Shown here piece after piece: positions 15,164 through 24,794 of a stretch of 51,564 nt of DNA. The notes under the pieces were generated by a model, which was given only the letters and a program-made list of their open reading frames with translations, was not told the DNA's origin and ran no database searches. Every line of letters begins with the position of its first letter. Within the stretch, counting starts at the first letter, position 1. Made by a program: the position numbers and the translations under genes. The DNA is taken from NCBI GenBank assembly GCA_009929845.1, contig RZZM01000002.1, positions 1 through 51,564 of the forward strand, read 5' to 3'. Source of the DNA: Spartobacteria bacterium. Its GTDB lineage: Bacteria > Verrucomicrobiota > Kiritimatiellia > RZYC01.

Positions 15164-18100
15164 TTATCCGTCCCATTCAATCATAAAACAGTTGCATGCA
15201 TTTGGGATAACCTCTCCCCGCCACTTGCCCGAGGCGTAAAGTTTGGGGCCGGGGAGGCGTTCATCGAGGACATGACAAAAGGAAATGAACGTAACCGGGT
15301 CGCCGCTGATCCACGCGTGACCGTGGTCGCCAGTGATCAACCCCATCCAGAACCAACTGCCCCCCCAGGGGAAGAGCGACTGGATAAAGTCATTCACCTC
15401 GCGGCGGCGCACGGTGACGAGGTAGCCCCCCAGCTCTTCACACAGGCCACGGGCATCGTCCCACAGCATGGGGCGGGGAATATACAGATAGCGATGTCCG
15501 TCAAACTCCGCGGCGAGGTGCTTCAACGCCGCAACATCCCGGCGGCGCACGGCCAGCAGGACCTCGACCTCGCGGGCATACTCGGCAAATCTAAAATCGC
15601 GCGCCCAGGGTTTTCTGATCCATTCAAGTTCGTCCATAGTGATGGTATCGCATTCAAACGCGAAATGTCGCGGGGGATTTTTGATGAGGGGCCCAATACT
15701 GCGCAGTCGGTTGGCGCCGCACAAAAGGTAGTTCAGCGGCATCTCCTTGAGCGCGTCGAGTTTTTCGATACGATTGTTCTGGCAGCGCATGGTGCTTAGC
15801 GGCATATCGGCCAGCGGCTCAAGCGAGATAATGGCGTTGCTGGCGCAATTCAGGTTGATCAGGGGCATTCCGCGCAGGGGTTCGAGGTCCTCGATGGCAT
15901 TGCCGCTGCAGATCAGCTCTGTCAACGGCATGCCTTTCAGCGGCGAAAGGTCACTGATCCCGTTGCCGTCGCAAAACAGCAGGGTCATGGGCATGCCCCG
16001 CAACGGGTCCAGGCGGCGGGACCCGGTGCGCGCGCAGTTCAGCCAGATGAGCTGCATGCCCCGCAGTGGTTCAAGGCCGTCCTCCAGCGGATTCATGGCA
16101 CAATTCAACGTGCGTATCGGCATGCCCCGCAACGGCGCAAGGGTCGTGATACAACAGTGTTCACAAAGCAGCATGTGCAGCTCCATGCCCCGCAGCGGGT
16201 CCAGGCCGCGGATGGGATTACCGCTGCAATCAAGGATTCTCAATGGCATGCCGGCCAACGGCTCCAGAGTTGTGATGCGGTTGACGGTGCAATGCAGGGC
16301 GCTGATGGGCATACCGGCCAGCGGCTCGAGGCTGTCTATGTCCGCGCGCGGCAATTCAACCGTCAGCCCGTTGCGATCAACACGCAACCCGACCACCACC
16401 CCTGGCCAGGCGCGTGCCAGGCGGGCCTTCCACTCCGGCATCCGGTCCAGCAACTCCTTGCATTGTGTGGCCTGCTTCAACCCCACACGCCCCCGCTCGA
16501 TACGTTCGGCGTCCGGAAATGAATCCAGCGCATCCTGGAATAAATCAATCGCGGTTTCGTAGCGCCCTTTTTCGAGGTGCCGTTCGGCCACATCCAGGAT
16601 ATCGCTTTTCCAGGGCGTTCCCAGACTGTAGAGCCGCAGCCGGCGGTAGCGCGTGTCGGCCACCCATCCAAGTACCCCCACCGCGCCGCGGTGCGCCCCC
16701 ACCAGCGGTTCGTGGTCGATGACCGCAAAGAGTTCCCGGCCATTGACACTCATCCGCAATTCACGACCAATGCGATCGACACACACATGATAGGGCTGCG
16801 ACCTGACCAGTGGGGCGTCCGCCTGGCTCCACAGGCGCTTATCCAGGCGGGTCAGCACGTTGTAGGAGTTGGTGTAGGCGCCGTATTTGAAGGCGTAGCC
16901 GCTTACCGATACCGCCCAGGGGTCTTCCGAGCGCACAGCGCCCAGGAAACAACCGACATCATTCAGGTAGGACCCTTCCAGGTAACACTCAAACTCAATA
17001 CGCAGATCACCGGGCAAATCACGTTTGAACATTAAAACCTGCGGCTCGCCTCCCCAGACACGCAATTCGCCGTTACGGCGCTCGTGCTTGCCCCCCAGCA
17101 CGTCCCAGCGCGAGAACACTGCATCGTCTGAAAAATCCTCCTCCGCAATCAGATGCCAGATGATGCCGTTCTGATAGTCCTCGAGATGGCGCTGCATTTC
17201 CTTGACCAGGCTGAAGCGATGGGATGGTTCGTAGGCAAGCGCCTTCATGGCCAAATCAGAAAGATACGGAGGGATACGCCCGCCGGGGCAATGAGGCAGC
17301 GGAAGGGGATACTCCACCGCGACATCATCCGGGCGCCGCTGCCGGTCGGCCATGGGGGACGGACCGTTGAACGAGGCGGGGGAACGAATATCGCCATAGA
17401 GAGCCCTTCGCAGCAAATCCTTGAGATCATCCCCTTTTATGGGCGGTTCCAACGTCAGCATGCAATAGAGGATAGCGCCGAGCGCATAGATATCGGTACG
17501 TTCGTTGTACCCACGTCCGCCGGTGCAGATCAGTTCCGGCGCCAGGTAGCCGGGGGTGCCCATGATCGTGCCGCTGCCGGTCTTCACCCCCGTGCGCGTG
17601 TTGCCCAGCCCGACCAGTTCCACCTGCATGGTATCCTGCAGACAGCGCAGGACGGGAATATCCTGTGTGCCGGGTCGTTCGGCCCCGGGCGCCAGCGCGT
17701 CGATGCCCAGATACAAGGTCTGTTTGCGGAAGTGCTCGTGCAGGTCCTCCACATCGATGGCATCTATCGACCCCACGGCATGTTCCATCAGCTCGGACAA
17801 GACCGGTTCATCCTCCAAATGCTCAATCGGCTTGGCCAGCCCCCAGTCCAGAACCAGCACTTCCCCGTAGGAACCAATCATGATATTCGCCGGTTTCAAA
17901 TCGCAATGGGCCACGCCGCGCGAATGGGCAAAGGCCACGGCATCGCACACCTTCTGGAAAATCGTCAGGAGACGGCTGAGGGGAAATTCCCGCACCATCT
18001 CTTCATTGGCATCACGCAGACCAACCAGCACATCCGCCAGCGGAATGCCTTTCACATGCTTCATCGCATAGAAAAGATTGCCCTCCCGGTCCCGTGCCAA

Positions 18101-18379
18101 CTCATGAATCGGAACAATGTTCGGGTGCTCAAGTCCCGAGGTAATCCGCGCCTCGCCCTCAAAACGTTTCACGTCCGTCGGGTCCTTCGCCTTCTGGGTT
18201 TCCATGACCTTCAGCGCGACACTGCGCTCACATTTCAAGTCATGCGCCTCATACACCGCCCCCATCCCGCCGCGCGCCAGCAACCGCTCGATGACGTACT
18301 TTTCCCCACCTTCCACCCACAGGGGCGAGGCATCCGAGTACCTGTTTTCGTCTTCTTTTCGCGGTTCAGTATCAGCCAT
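15164..18379 (-). CDS. multidomain Ser/Thr protein kinase (Hanks type): kinase, ConA-like beta-sandwich, TPR-like helices, about 10 LRRs, C-type-lectin-like domain
   Basis: Kinase motifs are GGMGAVY, VALKVM, HCDLKPAN (17900-17908 encodes HCD), DWG and GTPGYLAPE. About ten repeats of L(E/D)PL(R/A)GMPLxxLxCxxNxIxx occupy aa about 665-900. The C-terminal CTLD pattern is ARGLCEELGGYLVTV...WFWMGL...CFMIEWDG. No signal peptide or TM segment is visible. Confidence 0.92.
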   Translation of the reverse strand: MADTEPRKEDENRYSDASPLWVEGGEKYVIERLLARGGMGAVYEAHDLKCERSVALKVMETQKAKDPTDVKRFEGEARITSGLEHPNIVPIHELARDREGNLFYAMKHVKGIPLADVLVGLRDANEEMVREFPLSRLLTIFQKVCDAVAFAHSRGVAHCDLKPANIMIGSYGEVLVLDWGLAKPIEHLEDEPVLSELMEHAVGSIDAIDVEDLHEHFRKQTLYLGIDALAPGAERPGTQDIPVLRCLQDTMQVELVGLGNTRTGVKTGSGTIMGTPGYLAPELICTGGRGYNERTDIYALGAILYCMLTLEPPIKGDDLKDLLRRALYGDIRSPASFNGPSPMADRQRRPDDVAVEYPLPLPHCPGGRIPPYLSDLAMKALAYEPSHRFSLVKEMQRHLEDYQNGIIWHLIAEEDFSDDAVFSRWDVLGGKHERRNGELRVWGGEPQVLMFKRDLPGDLRIEFECYLEGSYLNDVGCFLGAVRSEDPWAVSVSGYAFKYGAYTNSYNVLTRLDKRLWSQADAPLVRSQPYHVCVDRIGRELRMSVNGRELFAVIDHEPLVGAHRGAVGVLGWVADTRYRRLRLYSLGTPWKSDILDVAERHLEKGRYETAIDLFQDALDSFPDAERIERGRVGLKQATQCKELLDRMPEWKARLARAWPGVVVGLRVDRNGLTVELPRADIDSLEPLAGMPISALHCTVNRITTLEPLAGMPLRILDCSGNPIRGLDPLRGMELHMLLCEHCCITTLAPLRGMPIRTLNCAMNPLEDGLEPLRGMQLIWLNCARTGSRRLDPLRGMPMTLLFCDGNGISDLSPLKGMPLTELICSGNAIEDLEPLRGMPLINLNCASNAIISLEPLADMPLSTMRCQNNRIEKLDALKEMPLNYLLCGANRLRSIGPLIKNPPRHFAFECDTITMDELEWIRKPWARDFRFAEYAREVEVLLAVRRRDVAALKHLAAEFDGHRYLYIPRPMLWDDARGLCEELGGYLVTVRRREVNDFIQSLFPWGGSWFWMGLITGDHGHAWISGDPVTFISFCHVLDERLPGPKLYASGKWRGEVIPNACNCFMIEWDG

Positions 18380-18633
18380 ATATCGCGATTTCCTTTATGA
18401 GAGCGTTCCTACTAACAGGGCGACACCCTATCACGGTCGTCACCGCTTTGAAAGAGTATTTTACCCTGGAACGGCTATTCTTTATAGCCGCCCATCCGGG
18501 AAAACGTCCATAAATAACAAACAGTGATCGCTGGAAGTGTACTTCAAGAACTCAAACAATTGTTTCAAGACGATACCCGACTCACGCAATCGTCTGCGGG
18601 AAATGCCAACGGGCCTCAAGTAGAACAAAGCCC

Positions 18634-21600
18634 TTATTCGCGCTGTACACTAATTTTGAAGTATTGTCGATCCAGCATATTGACTGGATTGGTGCAGCTG
18701 ATAACCGAGCCATCGCCCTGTACTTCATACACCACCGTGTCAGACCAGACACCAAACAGATTCGTCGAGCTGTATATGCGATAGAGGCGATCAGAGACCC
18801 CCAGCCAGTTCAGGACAACCGCATGATGGGCGCCCAGATGGCATCCTTCAATTTGGAAACTTGATGCCGCATTGTTTAATAACGTTCCCGCAATCCACTC
18901 CTCATAATCACTCTGTCCATCGCCATCGGTATCATTCAGGTTCGGATTGCCCCCATGGAGATACTCCTGCAGATCGGTCAGGTGATCATCATCCAGATCA
19001 TTCGTGCCCGTATGCGAAAAGGTTCCAAAATGGTACATCTCCCATGCGTCAGCCATCATATCAGCATCCGCATCGTTCGTTAATGTGCCATAAATACTAA
19101 ACTCCGCCAATGCCCATTCATCAGGATCAAAGCCGCTGTTGATCTGCAGTTTGACATATCGCGCGGTAGTGGTATTAAAGGAGAACAACTGGGGTGAAAG
19201 CGTTGGCAACAACTGATCTTTAACCAGCGGAGTAAACGCTATGCCATCCATGGAAGTAAGGATTGTAAAATCCTTGCTGAAATTGGTTTTCCCAGTTTCT
19301 ACTTCCCCATAATTCTGCAAAATCACATCAGACATGATGATGCCCATGTAATTCGAAAATGAATAGACAAATACCTGATTGGTAACGGGCGTCGCCTCGC
19401 TACGCCAGAAACTTATCGGATTTCCATCTGTTATATTCGCGGCAGCACATGTGTTTGTATCCTGAGAGGTAAACGACACCAAGGTACAGCCGTTAGCCGG
19501 AAGTAAGAGGTTCGCATTACCGAAAAGACCAAATTCAGTCAAATGATAGGCCATGCCTTTTACATAATTCTCCTCTGTGTACACCTCCGAATTCAATGCG
19601 CGCCTCCATCGGCCGGCATCCGCATCATACCAATGAATACCCAGTGTAGCCTCTGGCACCGTGGTACCATCCACAAATCCATCATTATCCGCGTCAGGAT
19701 ACGGCATTATTAATTCAAGTGGCTTGTCAAGCCTGGAAGAACCTTGCAGCGTAAACTGCCGATTTTCATTCACATTAATCCTGCATTCCGCGGAGCCATT
19801 TGCAGGGTTTGTATTCATCCCTGTCAGGATGACATGCATACTGGTATTGGACGGTACTGTTCCGGCCGGAATGAATACCTGTGTTCCATCATTGATTCCA
19901 ACAGAAATGGATTCGTCCTTGCTGAAGCGCACAGATTTGTTGCGCTTGTCATTGATGTTGGCCTCCAATATACGGCCCACCTCATCAGAAGTCGCGGAGG
20001 ACACGGTCACGGTATAAACGGGTGAAGTCGCCACTGTACCTGTTCCCACAAAGGCCACCGCGCGCAGGTTGTATTGCTCGCCATCCACAAGACCTGTAAC
20101 ATCCCATGTTGCCATGTAGCCACGAGGCTGCGGGTAAACAGGCGTACCCAACAGGGTCCATTCAGACTGGGAAACCTGTTTATACTCAAATTGGACATAC
20201 AACGTATTGTTGGCGGGCGCAACATGCCCGATAATAGATATCGAATCGCCCCACAGCATGCTGTTGGCTTTGGGCTTGGATATCCAGACCTTGTAGGTTT
20301 GCGCGGCATTTACCTTTACCTGTGTCGAGTCATCATCGGTCAATCCGTCATCATCAATAACCGTTACCCTGGGTGAATAGGTCCCCACTTGTGTATACAG
20401 ATAATGGCTGACATTGGTCTGGGTAACCGCATCCACTATACCATCGCCATCAAAATCCCACCGATATTCCTCGACGGTACCGTCATCGACAAAATAAGCG
20501 CAAAATTCAACATCCAAGGGCACATCCCCGGAATCAGGTTCCGCAAGCAGTTCGACAACAGGCGGAATGGCCACACAATCAACATTCAGCACCGCGGTAC
20601 AACTGTCCTGTACACCCATGCTGTCTGTCACACGCAATTTGACGAGGTAAACCCCATCGGCCCTGTAGACCCATGTAACCGAGCCAGAGGCAGAGAGCAT
20701 GTCATACACATTATCTCCGTCTACATCGAACTCATAAAGCGCTATCGTTCGATGTACTGCCGCTACCGACCCTGTACCGGAAATCAAAACGCTAAGTGGC
20801 GCTGTACCCGATGTCGGATCGAGCGTCAGTTGAGCAACGGGAGGACTTGACTCCCACACCTGAACAACGCCCGAAGCTGTATCCTGTTCGCCATAGGCAT
20901 CCGTTACCATGAGTTGAGGATAATATGTTCCCGCCTCCGGGTAGTCTGCGATTACGATGCCGGGTTGATCCACATAGATTTCAAACGTCCCATCGCCAAT
21001 CTTATCTATTTCACACTTAACAATATTTCCATCCGGATCGTATGTCCCGGAAAAATCCATTGTCACAGACAATGGGGCAACCCCATTGGTTGGCGTAATA
21101 TTCAAAACCGCCACAGGGGGTTGATTCAGATCAAAGTATACCGCAGGCACAGTATGAATCCCACATGGGATTGCAACTTCCACTGGTTCAGGGGATTCCC
21201 AACCAAACACATTACTGAACGCGATCTGATATACCCCTTCCGGGATATCTTCAATTAAAACACCACTGGCATACCAGTTCGTATCTGATGTGTTTTCAAC
21301 CCGCCACATCGCCCCGGCCGCATTAACCTCATCAGGTTGGATCCTGACCCTCAACCCTGTTGATGAGGGCGGAATAGCCTGTGCACACTGCTCATATATG
21401 GCATAAATCTCCCCAGGTGACAATGCCCGGTTATACATCCTTACTTCATCCAGGACACCAGCGAACTTGTTCTCCAAATGCTCGGAATTAATGCCGATCG
21501 TAACAAAAACCTCATTTATACTAATCGGCCCGGCAAAGGTATCTTCTTCACGCAAAAGGCATCCGTCCTGGTAATAGCGCATCGTCGCCCCATCCCATGT

Positions 21601-24540
21601 TGCGGCAAAATGCGACCAGGTTTCAGGGCACAGCACACCATTGTCTCTACTGCCACGCCAGACATACGGCGAACTGCTCAACAGACTACCAAATCCATTT
21701 GAATACACTCCAAACCAATACGATTCATGCGCAGAATTTTCTTTGGCGATAATTGGCGCATCGGCCTGTGGATTATCACAACGTACCAATGCGGTGAAGG
21801 TTAGCGCCTCACTGACCTGTAGTGACGGAGAACTCGGGATATAAACATATGATGGAGCATCCCCATCAAAGAATAACGAACCCTCACAGGGACCATTCGT
21901 CCATGTGCTGTCAAGCGCATTGCGCAACTGCCCATTATTGTCACAGGCACTCTGATCAATAATGTTACTGCCTCCGCCTTCTTCAAAGGTGTAATACAGG
22001 ACGAGTCCTTCAGGTAGATTTGTTGATTGCCGATACTGCCCGACATAGGCAGGAGATCCACCATCACAAGCAGGTACGGATACAACATACCCGACCGGAC
22101 TGTTCCATCCGGAAACAGGCTTGAATTCAAGGGTGTAATACCCCATGGGCAAGTCCGTATAGGCAAATCCGCTTTCATGCCAATTGGAGTCCATCAAACC
22201 GGCTACTTTCCACTGGGCGCCTTCCGCAATGACCTCCGGTGGACTCAACGTGCACTGCACCGATCCGCTGATGACAGGAAAATTACTGGCGCACATGTCA
22301 TACAATGCGCTGACCTGACCATCCGTCAACGCTGTTTTGTAAATTCGAACATCATCAACAACACCTTCAAATTTCATCTCCAGGTGCTCACTGTTGATTC
22401 CTATGGCCACAAAGCAGTCATTGACAGCAATGGGGCCCACAAAGTAGTCACTGGACGAAAGTTTGTGTCCGTTTTGATAGTATTGAACCGTCATTCCATC
22501 CCACGTGGCCGCGATATGCACCCACTGTTCAGGACAGATTTCGCCATGATCCCGATCACAAGTCCAACCTGTTCCTTTGTCAAGCAACGTGCCAAAATGC
22601 CCATGATACACGCCAAACCAATACGATTGATTAAAGAAATTGGCCTCCTTGGCAATGATCGGCGCATCCCGGTCGGGGTTGTCACAACGGACTAAGGCTG
22701 TAAATGATATTTGTTCCGTAACAGAGAGCGAAGCCGAGTTCGATACATACACGTACGCCGGATTGATACCATCAAAAAAGATTGCGCCATCAACGAGTCC
22801 ATTTGTCCAGTTTGCGCTTGTGGCATTCTGAAAGACGCCGTGGTTCCCATAGGTGCTGTGATCAAGAATAGTTGAATCCGGGCCTTCATCAAAGGTATAA
22901 TGCAGCACCAAATCAGTAGAAATCCCCGAAATCACGCTATATAAACCCGTCAAACAAACAGCCATGCCGCATTCTGTGTATGCCACAGACTGCGCGGCCG
23001 GTGTGTTCCACCCTGTCACAGAACTGAATTCAATGGTATACACACCACTGGCAAGATAATCAAGCGTGGCTCCACTTCCCCGCCATTCGAGAGGCTCAAG
23101 ATCGGCAACACGCCAATATGCATCGGCACGTAAACCCTCTGGCATAATCACACCACTGAGCCCCTGATCCGGCAACGGAATATTCCCGGCACACGCTGTG
23201 GCTACTGCATCAATCTCATCGGGTGTAAGAGCCCGGTTGTAGACCCGGATTTCATCAAGCAGCCCCACAAACTTGTTTTCCAGATGCTCAGAATTAATGC
23301 CAATAGCCGCAAAGGCATCGCTCTCGCAAAGGGGACCGGTAAACTCGTCGGTTGCATTTAGCGCTTGACCGTTCTGATAATATCTGATTACCGCCCCGTC
23401 CCATGTCGCAGAAAGCTGCATCCACTGACCCTCGCAGATGACACCATGGTCACGACCTCCCTGCCAACGGTATGACTGCCGACTGAGTAACGAGCCAAAA
23501 CGATTTGAATATACACCAAACCAGTAAGACTCTTTCGATGAGCGTTCTTTCGCTATGATAGGTGCATCCGAATCAGGATTATCGCATCGCATGACGGCGT
23601 GGAACGTCGCCGAAGTTGTCAGCCGCATTGAATCACTGTTTGGTACGTGTACATATGTGGGTGTTGTTCCATCAAAATAGACGCACCCACCGATAGCATT
23701 TGTAACCCATGTTGCCAATGTTTCATTGACCAGCAGACCGTCGTTTCCATAAGAACTCCGGTCGATTACGTTGCTGCCCAAACCTTCCTCGAACGTATAG
23801 TGCAACACCAAATCAACGTCAGGAACCAAATGAATAGCGCCAGCTTCGTATATGGCTTCTATTTCACTGCTACTTAACGAGTGGTCATATATCCGCAGTT
23901 CATCTATGACCCCTTTGAATTTGGCACTCAGATGCCCAGAATTAACACCAAGGCCAACAAAGATGGTCGTTGTATCCAAAGGCCCTGTGAACACGTTACT
24001 TCCTATTAGTAGGCCATCCTGGTAATAGCAAACCGCGTTGCCATCCCAGGTGCCCGCCAAGTGAGTCCACTCCCCTTCGCAAATCACCCCATGATCCTCC
24101 GTACAAGACCAACCAGACCCTGCATCCAGATACATCCCAAAATGCCCATATTTAGCGCCAAACCAGTACGATTGCTCCCCGAAGCCATTTTCTTTGGCGA
24201 TGATCGACGCATCGCGGCCCACGTCATCGCAACGGATAAACACACTGAACGTCAATCCGGTACTCAACTGTAATGAAGGATCATCCGGTATCCGCACGTA
24301 GGTCAGGTTCTCACCATCCAGATACAATGCGCCACCTAACGGACCATTCAGCCAATTACACGGCTGCTCATTGACCAGCAGACCGTCGTTTCCATAAGAA
24401 CTCCGGTCGATTACGTTGCTGCCCAAACCTTCCTCGAACGTATAGTGCAACACCAACTCAGCCCTTGAAGAGGACAACAGACACCACAACAAAACAAGTA
24501 GATAACTTGCAAAGAGACGCCCACCCATTTTTATGTTCAT
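18634..24540 (-). CDS. giant secreted surface protein: 4 LamG domains, 3 interspersed beta domains, 3 PKD domains, an F5/8 type C (discoidin) domain, TSP3-like motifs and the C-terminal beta module
   Basis: The signal peptide reads MNIKMGGRLFASYLLVLLWCLLSSSRA. The LamG signature LVLHYTFEEG...NDG...LDEIR(I/V)Y occurs four times. PKD-like segments include PPVAVLNITPTNGVAPLSV... and WDFDGDGIVD. A discoidin-like segment is ITDGNPISFWRSE...YVKLQINSG. The protein also contains NDTDGDGQSDYEEW. Confidence 0.92.
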   Translation of the reverse strand: MNIKMGGRLFASYLLVLLWCLLSSSRAELVLHYTFEEGLGSNVIDRSSYGNDGLLVNEQPCNWLNGPLGGALYLDGENLTYVRIPDDPSLQLSTGLTFSVFIRCDDVGRDASIIAKENGFGEQSYWFGAKYGHFGMYLDAGSGWSCTEDHGVICEGEWTHLAGTWDGNAVCYYQDGLLIGSNVFTGPLDTTTIFVGLGVNSGHLSAKFKGVIDELRIYDHSLSSSEIEAIYEAGAIHLVPDVDLVLHYTFEEGLGSNVIDRSSYGNDGLLVNETLATWVTNAIGGCVYFDGTTPTYVHVPNSDSMRLTTSATFHAVMRCDNPDSDAPIIAKERSSKESYWFGVYSNRFGSLLSRQSYRWQGGRDHGVICEGQWMQLSATWDGAVIRYYQNGQALNATDEFTGPLCESDAFAAIGINSEHLENKFVGLLDEIRVYNRALTPDEIDAVATACAGNIPLPDQGLSGVIMPEGLRADAYWRVADLEPLEWRGSGATLDYLASGVYTIEFSSVTGWNTPAAQSVAYTECGMAVCLTGLYSVISGISTDLVLHYTFDEGPDSTILDHSTYGNHGVFQNATSANWTNGLVDGAIFFDGINPAYVYVSNSASLSVTEQISFTALVRCDNPDRDAPIIAKEANFFNQSYWFGVYHGHFGTLLDKGTGWTCDRDHGEICPEQWVHIAATWDGMTVQYYQNGHKLSSSDYFVGPIAVNDCFVAIGINSEHLEMKFEGVVDDVRIYKTALTDGQVSALYDMCASNFPVISGSVQCTLSPPEVIAEGAQWKVAGLMDSNWHESGFAYTDLPMGYYTLEFKPVSGWNSPVGYVVSVPACDGGSPAYVGQYRQSTNLPEGLVLYYTFEEGGGSNIIDQSACDNNGQLRNALDSTWTNGPCEGSLFFDGDAPSYVYIPSSPSLQVSEALTFTALVRCDNPQADAPIIAKENSAHESYWFGVYSNGFGSLLSSSPYVWRGSRDNGVLCPETWSHFAATWDGATMRYYQDGCLLREEDTFAGPISINEVFVTIGINSEHLENKFAGVLDEVRMYNRALSPGEIYAIYEQCAQAIPPSSTGLRVRIQPDEVNAAGAMWRVENTSDTNWYASGVLIEDIPEGVYQIAFSNVFGWESPEPVEVAIPCGIHTVPAVYFDLNQPPVAVLNITPTNGVAPLSVTMDFSGTYDPDGNIVKCEIDKIGDGTFEIYVDQPGIVIADYPEAGTYYPQLMVTDAYGEQDTASGVVQVWESSPPVAQLTLDPTSGTAPLSVLISGTGSVAAVHRTIALYEFDVDGDNVYDMLSASGSVTWVYRADGVYLVKLRVTDSMGVQDSCTAVLNVDCVAIPPVVELLAEPDSGDVPLDVEFCAYFVDDGTVEEYRWDFDGDGIVDAVTQTNVSHYLYTQVGTYSPRVTVIDDDGLTDDDSTQVKVNAAQTYKVWISKPKANSMLWGDSISIIGHVAPANNTLYVQFEYKQVSQSEWTLLGTPVYPQPRGYMATWDVTGLVDGEQYNLRAVAFVGTGTVATSPVYTVTVSSATSDEVGRILEANINDKRNKSVRFSKDESISVGINDGTQVFIPAGTVPSNTSMHVILTGMNTNPANGSAECRINVNENRQFTLQGSSRLDKPLELIMPYPDADNDGFVDGTTVPEATLGIHWYDADAGRWRRALNSEVYTEENYVKGMAYHLTEFGLFGNANLLLPANGCTLVSFTSQDTNTCAAANITDGNPISFWRSEATPVTNQVFVYSFSNYMGIIMSDVILQNYGEVETGKTNFSKDFTILTSMDGIAFTPLVKDQLLPTLSPQLFSFNTTTARYVKLQINSGFDPDEWALAEFSIYGTLTNDADADMMADAWEMYHFGTFSHTGTNDLDDDHLTDLQEYLHGGNPNLNDTDGDGQSDYEEWIAGTLLNNAASSFQIEGCHLGAHHAVVLNWLGVSDRLYRIYSSTNLFGVWSDTVVYEVQGDGSVISCTNPVNMLDRQYFKISVQRE
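23723..23811. repeat. 89-bp perfect direct repeat, copy 1 (inside the LamG protein gene)
   Basis: This segment is identical base for base to 24368-24456. On the minus strand it encodes LVLHYTFEEGLGSNVIDRSSYGNDGLLVNE at the start of LamG domain 2. Confidence 0.95.
24368..24456. repeat. 89-bp perfect direct repeat, copy 2 (inside the LamG protein gene)
   Basis: This segment is identical to 23723-23811, offset by 645 bp (215 codons). It encodes the same 30 residues at the start of LamG domain 1. Confidence 0.95.
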
Positions 24541-24794
24541 GCTTCCACCAATCCTTCTTACATCATAGCAACTTCCTGCAATGTATCTCCAGAATAAAAA
24601 CCAATCAATACATTACACCACCATTCTACATCCCTGCTGTTCAACCATATATCGAGGCTACCCTCGCACACCTTACAGGTCAAGTAATCTTTGCAGTTTT
24701 ATATGTGTTTATTCACTTTCCCGTATCCTGGTATTCTTCCGGGTCCCGGCCACGTCGCGCATGATGTTGGGTCATCTGTTCTCTCCCGGCCCCG

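Noticed and set aside
15167-15508. C-type-lectin-like tails of the two kinases as diversity-generating retroelement (DGR) variable regions
   Set aside because: DGR targets often end in CLec folds. However, the window contains no reverse transcriptase motif (no YxDD-type ORF) and no template repeat. The two CTLD-coding 3' ends are ordinary diverged paralogs rather than an adenine-specific variant pair.
15017-15799. 260-aa plus-strand ORF bridging the HDOD-GAF/kinase 1 intergenic region
   Set aside because: It runs antisense through the start of one real gene and the 3' end of another, and crosses the conserved non-coding element. It has no coding features.
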